Assembly: GCA_963663225.1 (NCBI GenBank)
Contig: OY760142.1
Span: 2,880,001 to 2,944,000, forward strand
Source: Nitrospirota bacterium
GTDB taxonomy: Bacteria > Nitrospirota > UBA9217
DNA: 64,000 bases
Direction of reading: 5' to 3'
Within the stretch, counting starts at the first letter, position 1, and every line of letters begins with the position of its first letter. Positions 54,243-64,000 of the stretch are shown piece after piece. A program made the position numbers and the translations under genes. Below the pieces are notes generated by a model, which saw only the letters and a list, made by a program, of their open reading frames with translations, searched no databases and was not told the DNA's origin.

Positions 54243-54935
54243 CTACGACGCAAGTAATTTGTCGTTGATTTTTATCTTTGTTCTATCGTAAATCCCTTTG
54301 ATATATGCTGATAGGGTTTCTCTCTGTTTTCCTGCCAGATACATCCGGCGAAAATTTTCCTTGTTCTTTTCAAAATCACCCGGTTTTGCCTTGGCGCTTC
54401 TTTGCTGAAAGGCAGCGGCAAGTTCAGCGTCCGTCACGGTGACACTGTCCCGTACCAGTTGCTCCAGCTTTTGTCTCAGCAAAACACTGCGCTGGTTTGC
54501 TTCAAATACTGCCGGTTTCATATTGATGCTGTCGAGGACGCGCTCATATCGCTTTTTATCGAATTTTCCGTCCTGAGAAAAAGCAGGTTCCTGCATAATC
54601 GCGGTCTGAAGTTCCTGATCGCTCACCTTCAGTCCAAGACGCGCAGCTTCCTGGACAAGCAAACGATCGGTGATCAGTTCGCGCAAAGCCTGCATCTTGA
54701 GGTCTTTCGTCATTGATTCGTTTAACTGGTCCTTTAAAATGCCCCGATACGTTTCATACATGTTCCTGTAGACCCGGTTGAAATCATCCTTGGTGATCAC
54801 ATCACCATCTACATTGGCCACCGCGCCCCCGCCTACATCGGCCGGGTAAATCCCGAAGAACAGAAAGGTCACCACCACAAGTATGATGGTTATCCACATC
54901 AACCAGTTCATGTGCTTTCGCATCGATTCAAGCAT
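54243..54935 (-). CDS. SurA/PpiD N-terminal domain chaperone (no PPIase domain)
   Basis: MLESMRK + TM, VANVDGDVIT, LLVQEAARLGLKVSD, FSQDGKFD. Confidence 0.8.
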   Translation of the reverse strand: MLESMRKHMNWLMWITIILVVVTFLFFGIYPADVGGGAVANVDGDVITKDDFNRVYRNMYETYRGILKDQLNESMTKDLKMQALRELITDRLLVQEAARLGLKVSDQELQTAIMQEPAFSQDGKFDKKRYERVLDSINMKPAVFEANQRSVLLRQKLEQLVRDSVTVTDAELAAAFQQRSAKAKPGDFEKNKENFRRMYLAGKQRETLSAYIKGIYDRTKIKINDKLLAS

Positions 54936-54972
54936 TGTTTATCCCCCCGCCCCTCTCGTCAATGTTTTATCA

Positions 54973-56403
54973 CTATTTACTCAATTTCTGCTTCAACAGC
55001 TGGTTCACCAGATCAGGATTTGCCTTGCCTTTGCTTGCCTTCATCACCTGACCGACAAAAAACCCGAACAGTTTGTCCTTGCCCGACTTGTATTCCGCGG
55101 CCTGCGTGCTGTTGGTTTTGATGACTTCGTCGATGATCTTTTCAAGAGCCCCGGTATCGGAAACCTGCGTGAGCCCCTGCTCCTGCACCACCGTCGCAGC
55201 GTCCTTCCCGGTTTTATACATCTCTTCAAATACCGTTTTCGCAATTTTTATGCTGATTACGCCGGTGTCAATGAGTTGAATCATTCCGGCAAGCCTGTCA
55301 GGTCTGATGGGCGAATCCGTGATGTCTTTATTTTCTGCGTTCAGAAGACGCATTAATTCTCCCATCATCCAGTTTGAAATTGTTTTAGGCTGATTAGACA
55401 GCTTCACTGCTTCTTCGTAGTAGTCAGCCATGGCCCTGCTTTGGGTCAGCATGTCCGCATCATATTCCGGCAAACCGTAGTCTTTGGCAAAACGGTCCCG
55501 CTTGGCGTCCGGGAGCTCCGGGATTGTTTTTCTGATATTTTCAACCATGTCACCGGATACTTTGATCGGCACAAGGTCCGGTTCGGGAAAATATCGATAG
55601 TCGTGTGCCTCCTCTTTGCTTCTCATGGAAAAGGTTACACCCTTTGTTGAATCGAAAAGTCGTGTTTCCTGAACCACCCGTCCGCCGTCGTCCAGCAGCT
55701 GCGACTGGCGTTTGATTTCATATTCAATGGCTTTCTGCACAAACTTGAAGGAATTTACGTTTTTGATTTCTGCGCGTGTTCCGAATTCTTTTGATCCGAC
55801 CGGGCGGATCGAGACATTGGCATCGCACCGGAAGTTACCTTTCTCCATGTCCGCGTCGGACACTTCTATGTATCGCAGGATGGCCCGCAGTTTTTTCAGA
55901 TATTCGGTTGCCTCCTCCGGCGTACGAAGATCCGGTTCAGACACAATTTCCATCAGGGGAGTGCCTGCCCGATTCAAATCCACCAGACTCGCATTCCCTT
56001 CCGTCATATGAAGATTTTTTCCTGCATCTTCCTCCATATGGATACGGGTGAGACCGATCCGCTTCACTGCCCCGTTGAGAACGATCTCGATATAGCCGTG
56101 TTCGCAAATCGGAAGCTCATACTGGGATATTTGATATCCCTTGGGAAGGTCGGGATAAAAATAATTTTTGCGCGCAAAACGACTATAGGGGGTAATCGTG
56201 CAATGCGTTGCCAGACCCGTTTTAATCGTATATTCAAGAACCTTTTTGTTCAATACCGGCAAAACGCCCGGCATGCCGATGCAAACGGGACAGGTGCGCG
56301 TGTTTGCTTCTTCACCAAAGCGGGTTTCACATCCGCAAAATATTTTGGTAGCGGTCTGGAGTTGGGCATGGACTTCTAGTCCGATGACTGCTTCATATTT
56401 CAT
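54973..56403 (-). CDS. gatB: Asp/Glu-tRNA amidotransferase subunit B
   Basis: [49 protein letters not shown]. Confidence 0.98.
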   Translation of the reverse strand: MKYEAVIGLEVHAQLQTATKIFCGCETRFGEEANTRTCPVCIGMPGVLPVLNKKVLEYTIKTGLATHCTITPYSRFARKNYFYPDLPKGYQISQYELPICEHGYIEIVLNGAVKRIGLTRIHMEEDAGKNLHMTEGNASLVDLNRAGTPLMEIVSEPDLRTPEEATEYLKKLRAILRYIEVSDADMEKGNFRCDANVSIRPVGSKEFGTRAEIKNVNSFKFVQKAIEYEIKRQSQLLDDGGRVVQETRLFDSTKGVTFSMRSKEEAHDYRYFPEPDLVPIKVSGDMVENIRKTIPELPDAKRDRFAKDYGLPEYDADMLTQSRAMADYYEEAVKLSNQPKTISNWMMGELMRLLNAENKDITDSPIRPDRLAGMIQLIDTGVISIKIAKTVFEEMYKTGKDAATVVQEQGLTQVSDTGALEKIIDEVIKTNSTQAAEYKSGKDKLFGFFVGQVMKASKGKANPDLVNQLLKQKLSK

Positions 56404-56433
56404 ATTTTTCCCTCGCAGATTTTACAAATAGCT

Positions 56434-57894
56434 TCAAATTTTTGCTCGTTGCTTGTGCCAGTCAGTGGCTTGCTCGTACGCATACGCTGCGTGAAGAATG
56501 GAGGCTTCATCGAAATGTTTGCCCAGCAGCTGGAGGCCGACAGGGAGTTTTTCACTCGTAAACCCGCACGGGATCGACATACCGGGGATCCCTGCGAGGT
56601 TGACGCTGATGGTGAAAATATCAGACAGATACATCTGCAACGGATCGGTTGTCTTCTCTCCAATCTTAAAAGCGGCCGTCGGGGCCGTGGGCGTGACCAG
56701 GACATCAACCGTTTTGAATGCTTCTTCAAAATCGCGTTTAATCAACGTTCGTGCCTGTTGCCCCTTTTTGTAGTATGCTTCGTAATAGCCAGCTGAAAGC
56801 GCATAGGTACCGAGCATGATTCTGCGCTTTACTTCGGCCCCAAACCCCTGTTCGCGTGATTTCATGTACATATCAAGCAGGTCTTTGGGGGTTGAAGTGC
56901 GAAATCCATATTTCACTCCATCGTAGCGCGCGAGATTGGAACTGGCTTCCGACGTTGCAAGAATATAATATGTTGCAATCGCATATTCTGAATGGGGAAG
57001 TGAAACCTCGGAAACCGTTGCTCCGAGCCCTTGGAGCGTTTTGACCGCTTCTTTCACCAATTTTTCTACTTCCGGATCCATGCCGTCAATAAAATATTCT
57101 TTCGGCATTCCGATTTTCAAACCTTTCACATCTTTTTGAAGCGGTTGTACGAAATCGGGAACCGAAACATTTGCTGAGGTGGAATCTTTGGAATCATGGC
57201 CTGCAATGACATTCATCAGAAGCGCCGCATCTGTTACATCCTTGGTAATGGGGCCGATTTGGTCGAGAGACGACGCAAAAGCGACAAGACCGTAACGGGA
57301 CACCCTGCCGTACGTAGGCTTCAGACCGACCACCCCGCAGCACGCCGCCGGCTGACGGATGGACCCTCCCGTGTCGGAACCGAGGGAGGCGATGCATTCG
57401 CCTGCCGCAACGGCGGCGGCAGATCCTCCGCTTGACCCTCCGGGAATCCGTTCCAAATTCCAAGGATTTCTGGTGACAAAGAAACCCGAGTTTTCAGTGG
57501 AAGAACCCATGGCGAATTCATCCATGTTCGGCTTGCCGCAGAGCACATACCCTGCCTGCTTCAGGCGCTGAACGACGGTTGCATCATAGGGAGGAACAAA
57601 GTTTTTCAGTATGGCAGATGAGCACGTTGTCTTGATGCCGTCAGTACACATGTTGTCTTTAACGGCGATGGGTATGCCGAGAAGCGGCGAGAAGTTTTTT
57701 CCGGATTTAATATGCCGGTCAGCCTCTTCCGCCTGTTTGTAGGCCGCGTCTTCCGTAACCGAGATATAGGCCTTGACCTTATCATCGACTGCTTTTATCC
57801 GGTTCAAAACCGATTCGGTCACTGCGGAGGCCGTGGTTTCTCCTGCCTTCAGCATATCATGCAAGTCGTGGATCGTACGGGTGTAGAGCTCCAT
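56434..57894 (-). CDS. gatA: Asp/Glu-tRNA amidotransferase subunit A
   Basis: [42 protein letters not shown]. Confidence 0.98.
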   Translation of the reverse strand: MELYTRTIHDLHDMLKAGETTASAVTESVLNRIKAVDDKVKAYISVTEDAAYKQAEEADRHIKSGKNFSPLLGIPIAVKDNMCTDGIKTTCSSAILKNFVPPYDATVVQRLKQAGYVLCGKPNMDEFAMGSSTENSGFFVTRNPWNLERIPGGSSGGSAAAVAAGECIASLGSDTGGSIRQPAACCGVVGLKPTYGRVSRYGLVAFASSLDQIGPITKDVTDAALLMNVIAGHDSKDSTSANVSVPDFVQPLQKDVKGLKIGMPKEYFIDGMDPEVEKLVKEAVKTLQGLGATVSEVSLPHSEYAIATYYILATSEASSNLARYDGVKYGFRTSTPKDLLDMYMKSREQGFGAEVKRRIMLGTYALSAGYYEAYYKKGQQARTLIKRDFEEAFKTVDVLVTPTAPTAAFKIGEKTTDPLQMYLSDIFTISVNLAGIPGMSIPCGFTSEKLPVGLQLLGKHFDEASILHAAYAYEQATDWHKQRAKI

Positions 57895-57897
57895 TAC

Positions 57898-58254
57898 TTA
57901 TAACTCCTTTTTTATCTTGTTCTGGTCATCTACGAGAATAATCCTGGGTTTGTACGATTTAAGTTCTTCTTCGATAAAATACTCATAGCAAAAGACAATG
58001 ACTTTATCGCCTTTTACTCCCCGCCGCGCAGTCGGGCCGTTCAGCACCATATCACCGGATCCCCGTTTGCCCGGTATAATATACGTCTCGAACCGTTCCC
58101 CGTTCTGGAGGTTGGAAACGTGAACCAGTTCATATGGAAGCATTCCCGCCGCTTCGATCAGAACAGGATCAACGGTCAGGCTTCCTTCGTAGTCGAGATT
58201 CGCATCCGTTACCGTTGCACGGTGAATTTTTGAACGCAGCATCTGTCTATACAT
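57898..58254 (-). CDS. panD: Aspartate 1-decarboxylase
   Basis: SKIHRATVT, YEGS self-cleavage site, RFETY, NG. Confidence 0.95.
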   Translation of the reverse strand: MYRQMLRSKIHRATVTDANLDYEGSLTVDPVLIEAAGMLPYELVHVSNLQNGERFETYIIPGKRGSGDMVLNGPTARRGVKGDKVIVFCYEYFIEEELKSYKPRIILVDDQNKIKKEL

Positions 58255-58320
58255 AATATTCTCCTTGGTATTTGTTGCATTGTTTCATGAACTGCATTGC
58301 GGTTTCATTCGTTGCATGCA

Positions 58321-58608
58321 TTATTCGATTATTTTAGGTACTTTGTAGTGGCCAGCCGCTTTTTCCGGTGCATTGGCCAGTGCCCGCTCTTGTGACAGAC
58401 TTTCCTGAGGCACATCGTCGCGCATCACATTATTGATATCCAGTACATGCGACGTTGGTTCCACCCCCTTTGTGTCCAGCTCGTTCAGTTTTTCGACATA
58501 CGTCAGGATATTTGAGAGCTGATCGGTAAGGCTCTCCTTTTCCCTCTCGGCAAGCTCCAGCCTGGCAAGCTTTGCCACATGTTCAACTTCCTGTTTTGTT
58601 ATTTTCAT
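58321..58608 (-). CDS. gatC: Asp/Glu-tRNA amidotransferase subunit C
   Basis: VEHVAKLARL, LDTKGVEPT, ANAP..YKVPKII. Confidence 0.96.
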   Translation of the reverse strand: MKITKQEVEHVAKLARLELAEREKESLTDQLSNILTYVEKLNELDTKGVEPTSHVLDINNVMRDDVPQESLSQERALANAPEKAAGHYKVPKIIE

Positions 58609-58643
58609 GTATCACTCCTGATCCCCGGCTTCTATCGACAGCC

Positions 58644-60875
58644 TTATATCGATTCCAGGTTTGCATATTTTACTGCCAGCATTTTTACTCCATACCCGGG
58701 AAAACTGACACTTATTTTCAGATCATCGCCTGAACCTTCGGAACGCTGCACAGTTCCGATTCCGAACTTGGCATGGCGAACGACAGCCCCCTTGTAGTAC
58801 CGCGTATCGGAGCTTTGAGAAGACCCGCGTTGCAGGACCGGAGTTTCCCGCAGAAAATTTCCATTTCCCACCGCGGGAGAAGGACTTGTTGTTCTCCCCG
58901 CAATCTGATAGGGACGATAACTTTTTAGGGCATCGGAACAGGAATTTTCCAAAATCTCGGAAGGTATTTCCTGCACAAACCGCGAGACAAGATTTGCCTG
59001 GGGATAGCCGTACAGCCTGCGTTCAGCGGCATGAGTCAGAATCAGGCGTTCTTTGGCCCGCGTTATCCCAACATAACAGAGTCGGCGTTCTTCTTCAAGA
59101 TCTTCTTCGCTTTCCGCAGATCGCGCGTGTGGAAAGAGCCCCTCTTCCATTCCTGCCAGAAAGACGACGGCGAATTCGAGTCCTTTCGCATTATGCAGCG
59201 TCATAAGCGTCAGTGATTCCGTCTTTCGAATTTTTCCATCAGCTGCGGTCTGCTGTTCCAGGTCGGTAATGAGCGCGACCTGATCCAGAAAAGCATTCAA
59301 CGAGGCATCATGGTGCTGTTCCTGAAAATCCTCCGCAGCTGTTATGAGTTCGTTCAGGTTTTCAAGCCTGATTCTTGATTCCACTGTTTTGTCCTGTTCC
59401 AGAGAGGCCGCATAACCAGTTTCATGAATCACGGTTCTGACAACGTCCGTAGGGGTAAGGTGGCTTATCGACGCGCGCAAGCGAGACAGCATTGCCACGA
59501 ATTCATGAAGTTTTTTTCTTGCAGACGGAGTAATGTCGGCAGATTCCGGATTTTCAATCGTTTGATACAGGCTTCTTCCCGACTCGACAGCTGTTTTTTC
59601 AAGTCTGTCCATCGTGGTATCGCCGATTCCCCGTGCAGGCACGTTGATAATCCGGTGAAGACTTACTGCGTCTGCAGGGTTCTGGAGCACCCGCAAATAG
59701 GCGATAATATCCTTGATTTCTTTTCGGTCGTAAAAGCGCAAACCTCCGAAAATACGGTATGGAATTCCCCAGTTTCGCAGCGCGTCTTCGATGGCGCGGG
59801 ACTGGGCATTTGTCCGATAGAGGACCGCAATTTCCTGGAGACTTCTGCCCTGGTCGACTTCAGTCTGGATTGTTTTGCACAAAAACCGGGCCTCATCTTT
59901 TTCGTCCGCGGCTTTGTAGCACAGGATGCTGTCGCCGCCACGTTTCTGCGTCCAGAGTTTTTTGTGCTTTCTGCCGAGGTTGTGAGAGACAACAGCGCCC
60001 GCCGCCCCCAGAATATTCTGGGTGGAGCGGTAATTCTGATCCAGCGTGATTACCCGCGCATCGGGAAAATCCTTTTCGAAGTTTAAAATATTTGCAATGT
60101 CGGCGCCCCTGAATTTGTAAATGCTTTGGTCGTCATCCCCTACGACGCACAAATTCCTTCGCTGCGCCGTCAGAAGCCGCACAAGCCGGTATTGGGCGTG
60201 GTTCGTATCCTGGTATTCATCGATCAGAATATGGTGAAAGAGGTCCTGATAGAAGGAACGAATGTCCCCGCTGTGCTCGAACAGCGTAACCGTGAGCATC
60301 AAAAGGTCATCGAAGTCCAGTCCATCCGATTCTTTCAGTTTTTGTTGGTACAGGGTATATACGCGCGAAACCGCCTCGTCAAAACCGAAGGCCGCGCTTG
60401 TCTTTACGAATTGTTCTTCGTCTATCAGGTTATTTTTGAGCGAACTGATCTTTGCCCCAATGGCCCGTGGTTGATAGCGCTCGGCGTCTATTCTGAGATC
60501 GGCCATGCATGTTTTTATGAGAGAGGAGCGGTCTGTCTCATCATAAATAACGAACGAGCGCGTGTAGCCAAGCGCATGAATATGCTGCCGCAATATTCTC
60601 ACGCAGGCAGAATGAAACGTGCTGATCCAGAGTTTTGTCAGCGGTATCCGGAGTAGCCGTTCAACCCGTTCCTTCATTTCACGCGCCGCTTTGTTCGTGA
60701 AGGTGACTGCGAGCACCCGTCCGGGGTCGACGCCGCGGCCGTGAATTACGTGTGCGATCCGTGAGGTTATTACGCGGGTTTTGCCGCTTCCCGCTCCTGC
60801 AAGAATCAGCAGAGGACCGTCACCATGCAACACCGCTTCGCGTTGAGGTGGATTTAAACCTTCGAGATAATCCAT
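58644..60875 (-). CDS. pcrA: ATP-dependent DNA helicase PcrA/UvrD
   Basis: AGAGSGKT, TFTNKAA, DEYQDTN, GDDDQSIY, NYRST, HNAKGLEF, EERRLCYV; C-terminal Tudor-like HAKFGIG. Confidence 0.95.
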   Translation of the reverse strand: MDYLEGLNPPQREAVLHGDGPLLILAGAGSGKTRVITSRIAHVIHGRGVDPGRVLAVTFTNKAAREMKERVERLLRIPLTKLWISTFHSACVRILRQHIHALGYTRSFVIYDETDRSSLIKTCMADLRIDAERYQPRAIGAKISSLKNNLIDEEQFVKTSAAFGFDEAVSRVYTLYQQKLKESDGLDFDDLLMLTVTLFEHSGDIRSFYQDLFHHILIDEYQDTNHAQYRLVRLLTAQRRNLCVVGDDDQSIYKFRGADIANILNFEKDFPDARVITLDQNYRSTQNILGAAGAVVSHNLGRKHKKLWTQKRGGDSILCYKAADEKDEARFLCKTIQTEVDQGRSLQEIAVLYRTNAQSRAIEDALRNWGIPYRIFGGLRFYDRKEIKDIIAYLRVLQNPADAVSLHRIINVPARGIGDTTMDRLEKTAVESGRSLYQTIENPESADITPSARKKLHEFVAMLSRLRASISHLTPTDVVRTVIHETGYAASLEQDKTVESRIRLENLNELITAAEDFQEQHHDASLNAFLDQVALITDLEQQTAADGKIRKTESLTLMTLHNAKGLEFAVVFLAGMEEGLFPHARSAESEEDLEEERRLCYVGITRAKERLILTHAAERRLYGYPQANLVSRFVQEIPSEILENSCSDALKSYRPYQIAGRTTSPSPAVGNGNFLRETPVLQRGSSQSSDTRYYKGAVVRHAKFGIGTVQRSEGSGDDLKISVSFPGYGVKMLAVKYANLESI

Positions 60876-60946
60876 TGTAGAATCCATCGATGACCACAAA
60901 ATGAGTACTGCTGTAAGCTGGAAAAAGAACTCATAATCTGAATTTA

Positions 60947-62776
60947 TTACTCCACCGTCACGCTTTTTGCCAGGTTTCTCGGCTGGTCCACGTCTGCACC
61001 GCGCAGGAGGGCTATATGGTAGGCAAGAAGCTGGAGCGGAATAGACATCAGGATCGGCATCAGCAGCTGATTCGTTTTGGGCAGCCGTATGACATGATTT
61101 GCACGGTTTGCGATGTTCGCATCATCTTCCGTTGCAAGGGCTATTACAATCCCTCCCCGGGCCCTCACTTCTTCGATGTTCGAAAGAATTTTTTCATACA
61201 CCGAATCTTTTGCTGCAAGAACGACGACAGGAAGTTTTTCATCAATCAGGGCGATCGGCCCGTGTTTCATTTCACCCGCAGGGTATCCTTCCGCATGGAT
61301 ATAGGATATTTCCTTGAGCTTGAGCGCTCCTTCCAAGGCAACGGGAAAATTCGGCCCTCTTCCGAGATATAAAAAATCGTCGGATTTGAAATACTGTTTT
61401 GCGATCTGTTCTGTGTATGCGTCCTGTTCCAGGCAGCGCTCCACCAGCGTCGGAATGTGTACAAGGTCGGCCAGCCATTTTTTAACCTCTTCCGCTGAAA
61501 GCCTGCCGCACAGCGAGCCGAAGAAAAGTCCGAAAACATACAATGCCGTCAATTGCGCGGTAAAGGCCTTGGTGGAAGCAACACCGATTTCCGGCCCGGC
61601 ATGTGTGTAAACAACGCCGTCTGCCTCACGGCTTGCCGTTGACCCCACCACGTTACAGATGGTAATGACCGTCGCGCCCTGTTTCTTGGCTTCCCGCATG
61701 GCCGCCAGCGTATCCGCGGTTTCCCCGGACTGGGTAATGGCGATGAACAAATCATTTTTATCCACCAGCGGATGGCGGTATCGGAATTCCGAAGCGATGT
61801 CAACCTCGGTTGGAATGCACGCAAGTTCTTCAAACATGTATTTCCCGATAAGACCGGCGTGCCATGACGTGCCGCACGCTACGATGAAGACTTTTTTCGC
61901 TGTAAGAAGCTTATCGTATGCAGGGCCGATTTCCTCCAGATGTATCCTGCCGGTTTCCTGCGAGATTCTTCCCCGGATCGTGTCCATAATGGCCCGCGGC
62001 TGCTCATATATCTCTTTGAGCATGAAATGCCGGTAACCGCCCTTTTCAGCCATTACCGGGTTCCACATCACGTGGGTTATTTCCCGGGCTAACTCAGTGC
62101 CCTTGAGGTCCGTGATTTTTACCCCTTCGTCAGACAGGATGGCCATCTCATCATCATTCAGGAACAATACATCGCGAGTACGGTGCAGCAGCGCCGGGAT
62201 GTCGGACGCAAGAAAAAACTCACCGTGTCCGAGACCGACCACAAGAGGACTGCCCTTGCGGGCCCCTACAACCATTTCCGGATTTCGCTCATCGATGACT
62301 GCGATGGCATAGGCACCTTCCAGCCGTGCCGTCGCATCCCGTACCGCCTGGTCCAGGGAGACGCCCTTTTGGATGATGCTGTCGATCAGGTGAGCTATTA
62401 CTTCTGTGTCCGTTTCGGACAAAAACACTCGCCCCTGGGCGGAAAGTTCCTTCTTAAGGACCGCATAATTTTCGATAATACCGTTGTGAACCACAACCAC
62501 GCTGCCCGCACGGTGCGGATGGGCATTTTCCTCCGATGGCCTTCCGTGCGTGGCCCACCGCACATGCCCTACGCCGATTCTGCCGCTGAGCACCTCTCTG
62601 CGGAGGAGGCTTTCAAGATTCTGCAGTTTTCCCACGGACCTGCGGACCTGGATAACCCCGCCCTGCAGGACCGCCACCCCCGATGAATCGTAGCCGCGGT
62701 ATTCCAGTTTCTTCAGTCCTTCAATCAGAATCGGAACCGCCGATTCCTTGCCTATATAGCCAATAATGCCGCACAT
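60947..62776 (-). CDS. glmS: Glutamine--fructose-6-phosphate aminotransferase
   Basis: N-terminal MCGII (true start 62776), EYRGYDS, RWATHG, QSGETADT, C-terminal PRNLAKSVTVE. Confidence 0.98.
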   Translation of the reverse strand: MCGIIGYIGKESAVPILIEGLKKLEYRGYDSSGVAVLQGGVIQVRRSVGKLQNLESLLRREVLSGRIGVGHVRWATHGRPSEENAHPHRAGSVVVVHNGIIENYAVLKKELSAQGRVFLSETDTEVIAHLIDSIIQKGVSLDQAVRDATARLEGAYAIAVIDERNPEMVVGARKGSPLVVGLGHGEFFLASDIPALLHRTRDVLFLNDDEMAILSDEGVKITDLKGTELAREITHVMWNPVMAEKGGYRHFMLKEIYEQPRAIMDTIRGRISQETGRIHLEEIGPAYDKLLTAKKVFIVACGTSWHAGLIGKYMFEELACIPTEVDIASEFRYRHPLVDKNDLFIAITQSGETADTLAAMREAKKQGATVITICNVVGSTASREADGVVYTHAGPEIGVASTKAFTAQLTALYVFGLFFGSLCGRLSAEEVKKWLADLVHIPTLVERCLEQDAYTEQIAKQYFKSDDFLYLGRGPNFPVALEGALKLKEISYIHAEGYPAGEMKHGPIALIDEKLPVVVLAAKDSVYEKILSNIEEVRARGGIVIALATEDDANIANRANHVIRLPKTNQLLMPILMSIPLQLLAYHIALLRGADVDQPRNLAKSVTVE

Positions 62777-62849
62777 AATATTATTATTCTCCGGCTGTCT
62801 CTGCTCTGCAGGGACACTTCCAGTACAAACAGACCTAGGCATTCTTGTT

Positions 62850-64000
62850 TCAGTGACTGCCTTTTTTTTCTCCTTTGACGACCTTTCTTTTGCTTGCGTA
62901 TCCTTCCCGATGGATCTGCGGCACCCGGGTCACTGCCAGGGCGTCAGCTGGAACGTTTTTCGTGATTGTAGCCCCTGCTCCGACAATTGCATCATGCCCG
63001 ATCGTAACCGGCGCAACCAATTGCGCGTCACTGCCGACAAAAACGTTGTCTTCAATAACGGTAGGATATTTTTGAAACCCGTCATAGTTGCAGGTAATGA
63101 CACCAGCGCCGATATTGACGTTTTTCCCGACGGTTGTGTCTCCGATATATGCGAGATGATTCGCCTTGCTCCCCGTGCCGAACGTCGATTTTTTTACTTC
63201 TACAAAATTGCCGATTTTCGCTTTTTCTCCAATAATCGACTTCGGACGCAGATGCGCAAAAGGCCCCACGACAGCCCCGGCAGCAATCGAACTCTCTTCA
63301 ACGATGCAGGAGTCTTTGATAGTGACGCCGTCACCCACGGAGCTGTCCACGATTCGGGAACCCGGATACACCGTGCAGCTGTTGCCGATTATTGTTCGGC
63401 CTTCAAGCCGAACGGATGGATAGAGGACGACATCGCGGCCGAGCGTGACATCGCAACCGACAAATGTTGTTTCCGGATGAAGCATGCTGACACCTTCGGT
63501 CATCCATTTCCGGTTTATTCTTGCACACAGGGCTGCTTCCGCACAGCTTAAGTCATAGCGCGAATTTACCCCCAGCACTTCGTTTGTATCTTTGCAGGGA
63601 CTCGCGGCAACGATAAGTTTTTTCTTTTTCGCAAGCGCAATGGTGTCCGGAAGATAATATTCCCCCTGTGCGTTGTTTTTTCCCAAAGCGCTTAACGAGG
63701 AAAGGAGAAACTCCCGGTCAAAACAATAAATTCCCGTGTTCACTTCCTGAATTTTCTTTTCAGCAGCCGTCGCGTCTTTTTCCTCAACCACGCGCAAGAC
63801 CCCTGCTTTGCCGCGCACCACACGACCGTAGCCAAAGGGATTATCAACGTGCGCAGTCAGAAACGTCACGGCTGCACGCTCGTGCTCATGATGGGTTATG
63901 ACTTCACTCAGGGTATTGCTTGTAAGAAGGGGCGTATCTGCACAAAGGATCATAACCGGGCCGGATGATGTGGCTATCAAGCTGGCAGCCTGCTGAACGG
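62850..64000 (-). CDS. glmU: Bifunctional GlmU (5' end lies beyond the window)
   Basis: GYGRVVR, EEKDA, NAQGEYYL, GPFAHLRP, GNFVEVK, HLAYIGD, TCNYDG hexapeptide repeats. Confidence 0.96.
   Translation of the reverse strand, partial: VQQAASLIATSSGPVMILCADTPLLTSNTLSEVITHHEHERAAVTFLTAHVDNPFGYGRVVRGKAGVLRVVEEKDATAAEKKIQEVNTGIYCFDREFLLSSLSALGKNNAQGEYYLPDTIALAKKKKLIVAASPCKDTNEVLGVNSRYDLSCAEAALCARINRKWMTEGVSMLHPETTFVGCDVTLGRDVVLYPSVRLEGRTIIGNSCTVYPGSRIVDSSVGDGVTIKDSCIVEESSIAAGAVVGPFAHLRPKSIIGEKAKIGNFVEVKKSTFGTGSKANHLAYIGDTTVGKNVNIGAGVITCNYDGFQKYPTVIEDNVFVGSDAQLVAPVTIGHDAIVGAGATITKNVPADALAVTRVPQIHREGYASKRKVVKGEKKGSH

Noticed and set aside
58270-58320. Short TTGCAT/TTTCAT repeats between gatC and panD
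   Set aside because: Too short and irregular to distinguish from chance
62777-62849. glmS ribozyme in the glmU-glmS spacer
   Set aside because: Spacer is only about 70 nt and lacks the AGCGCC..GACGAGG core
62766-63551. Long plus-strand ORFs antisense to housekeeping genes (also 933-1809, 16990-17886, 18516-19253, 46581-47192, 59424-60086)
   Set aside because: Shadow ORFs opposite well-supported genes, with no domain signatures

Overview
Bacterial chromosome segment from a Gram-negative anaerobe. Gene order and sequence style suggest Nitrospirota or a Desulfobacterota-like lineage (inference, not tested). Most genes are on the minus strand. (1) 1-11 kb: conserved lptCAB-rpoN-hpf-ptsN-hprK-rapZ-mannose-family EIIABCD-ptsH-ptsI superoperon. 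(2) 11-20 kb: orphan TM-GAF-PAS sensor, CbiM/Q/O metal ECF transporter, CDF transporter, iron-sulfur flavoprotein, and a HEAT-repeat/HD-GYP gene pair sharing an N-terminal domain. (3) 20.5-29 kb: an AT-rich 8.4 kb integrative element in tRNA-Ala(GGC), bounded by a perfect 52-bp direct repeat. It carries an integrase, Xis-like HTH, Rep_trans initiator with an upstream hairpin, and cargo (Zn-phospholipase C plus lipoprotein, possible defence protein), next to a relic duplicated att arm. (4) 30.8-36 kb: three-gene phosphorelay with a riboswitch-like (yybP-ykoY-like) attenuator leader. (5) 36-51 kb: an unusual minimal dissimilatory sulfite reductase cluster, fur-fdx-dsrA-dsrB-dsrM-dsrK-dsrC-YeiH transporter-orf126-dsrM2-dsrK2-CoA/persulfide reductase-cobA/hemD, with sirC nearby. 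It has short DsrAB, no dsrD/N/T/JOP/EFH/L in the window, and a second DsrM lacking the distal-heme histidines. (6) 51-64 kb: housekeeping genes (M20 peptidase, PilZ protein, SurA-N, gatB, gatA, panD, gatC, pcrA, glmS, partial glmU). All calls come from motif recognition by eye; no database searches were run.
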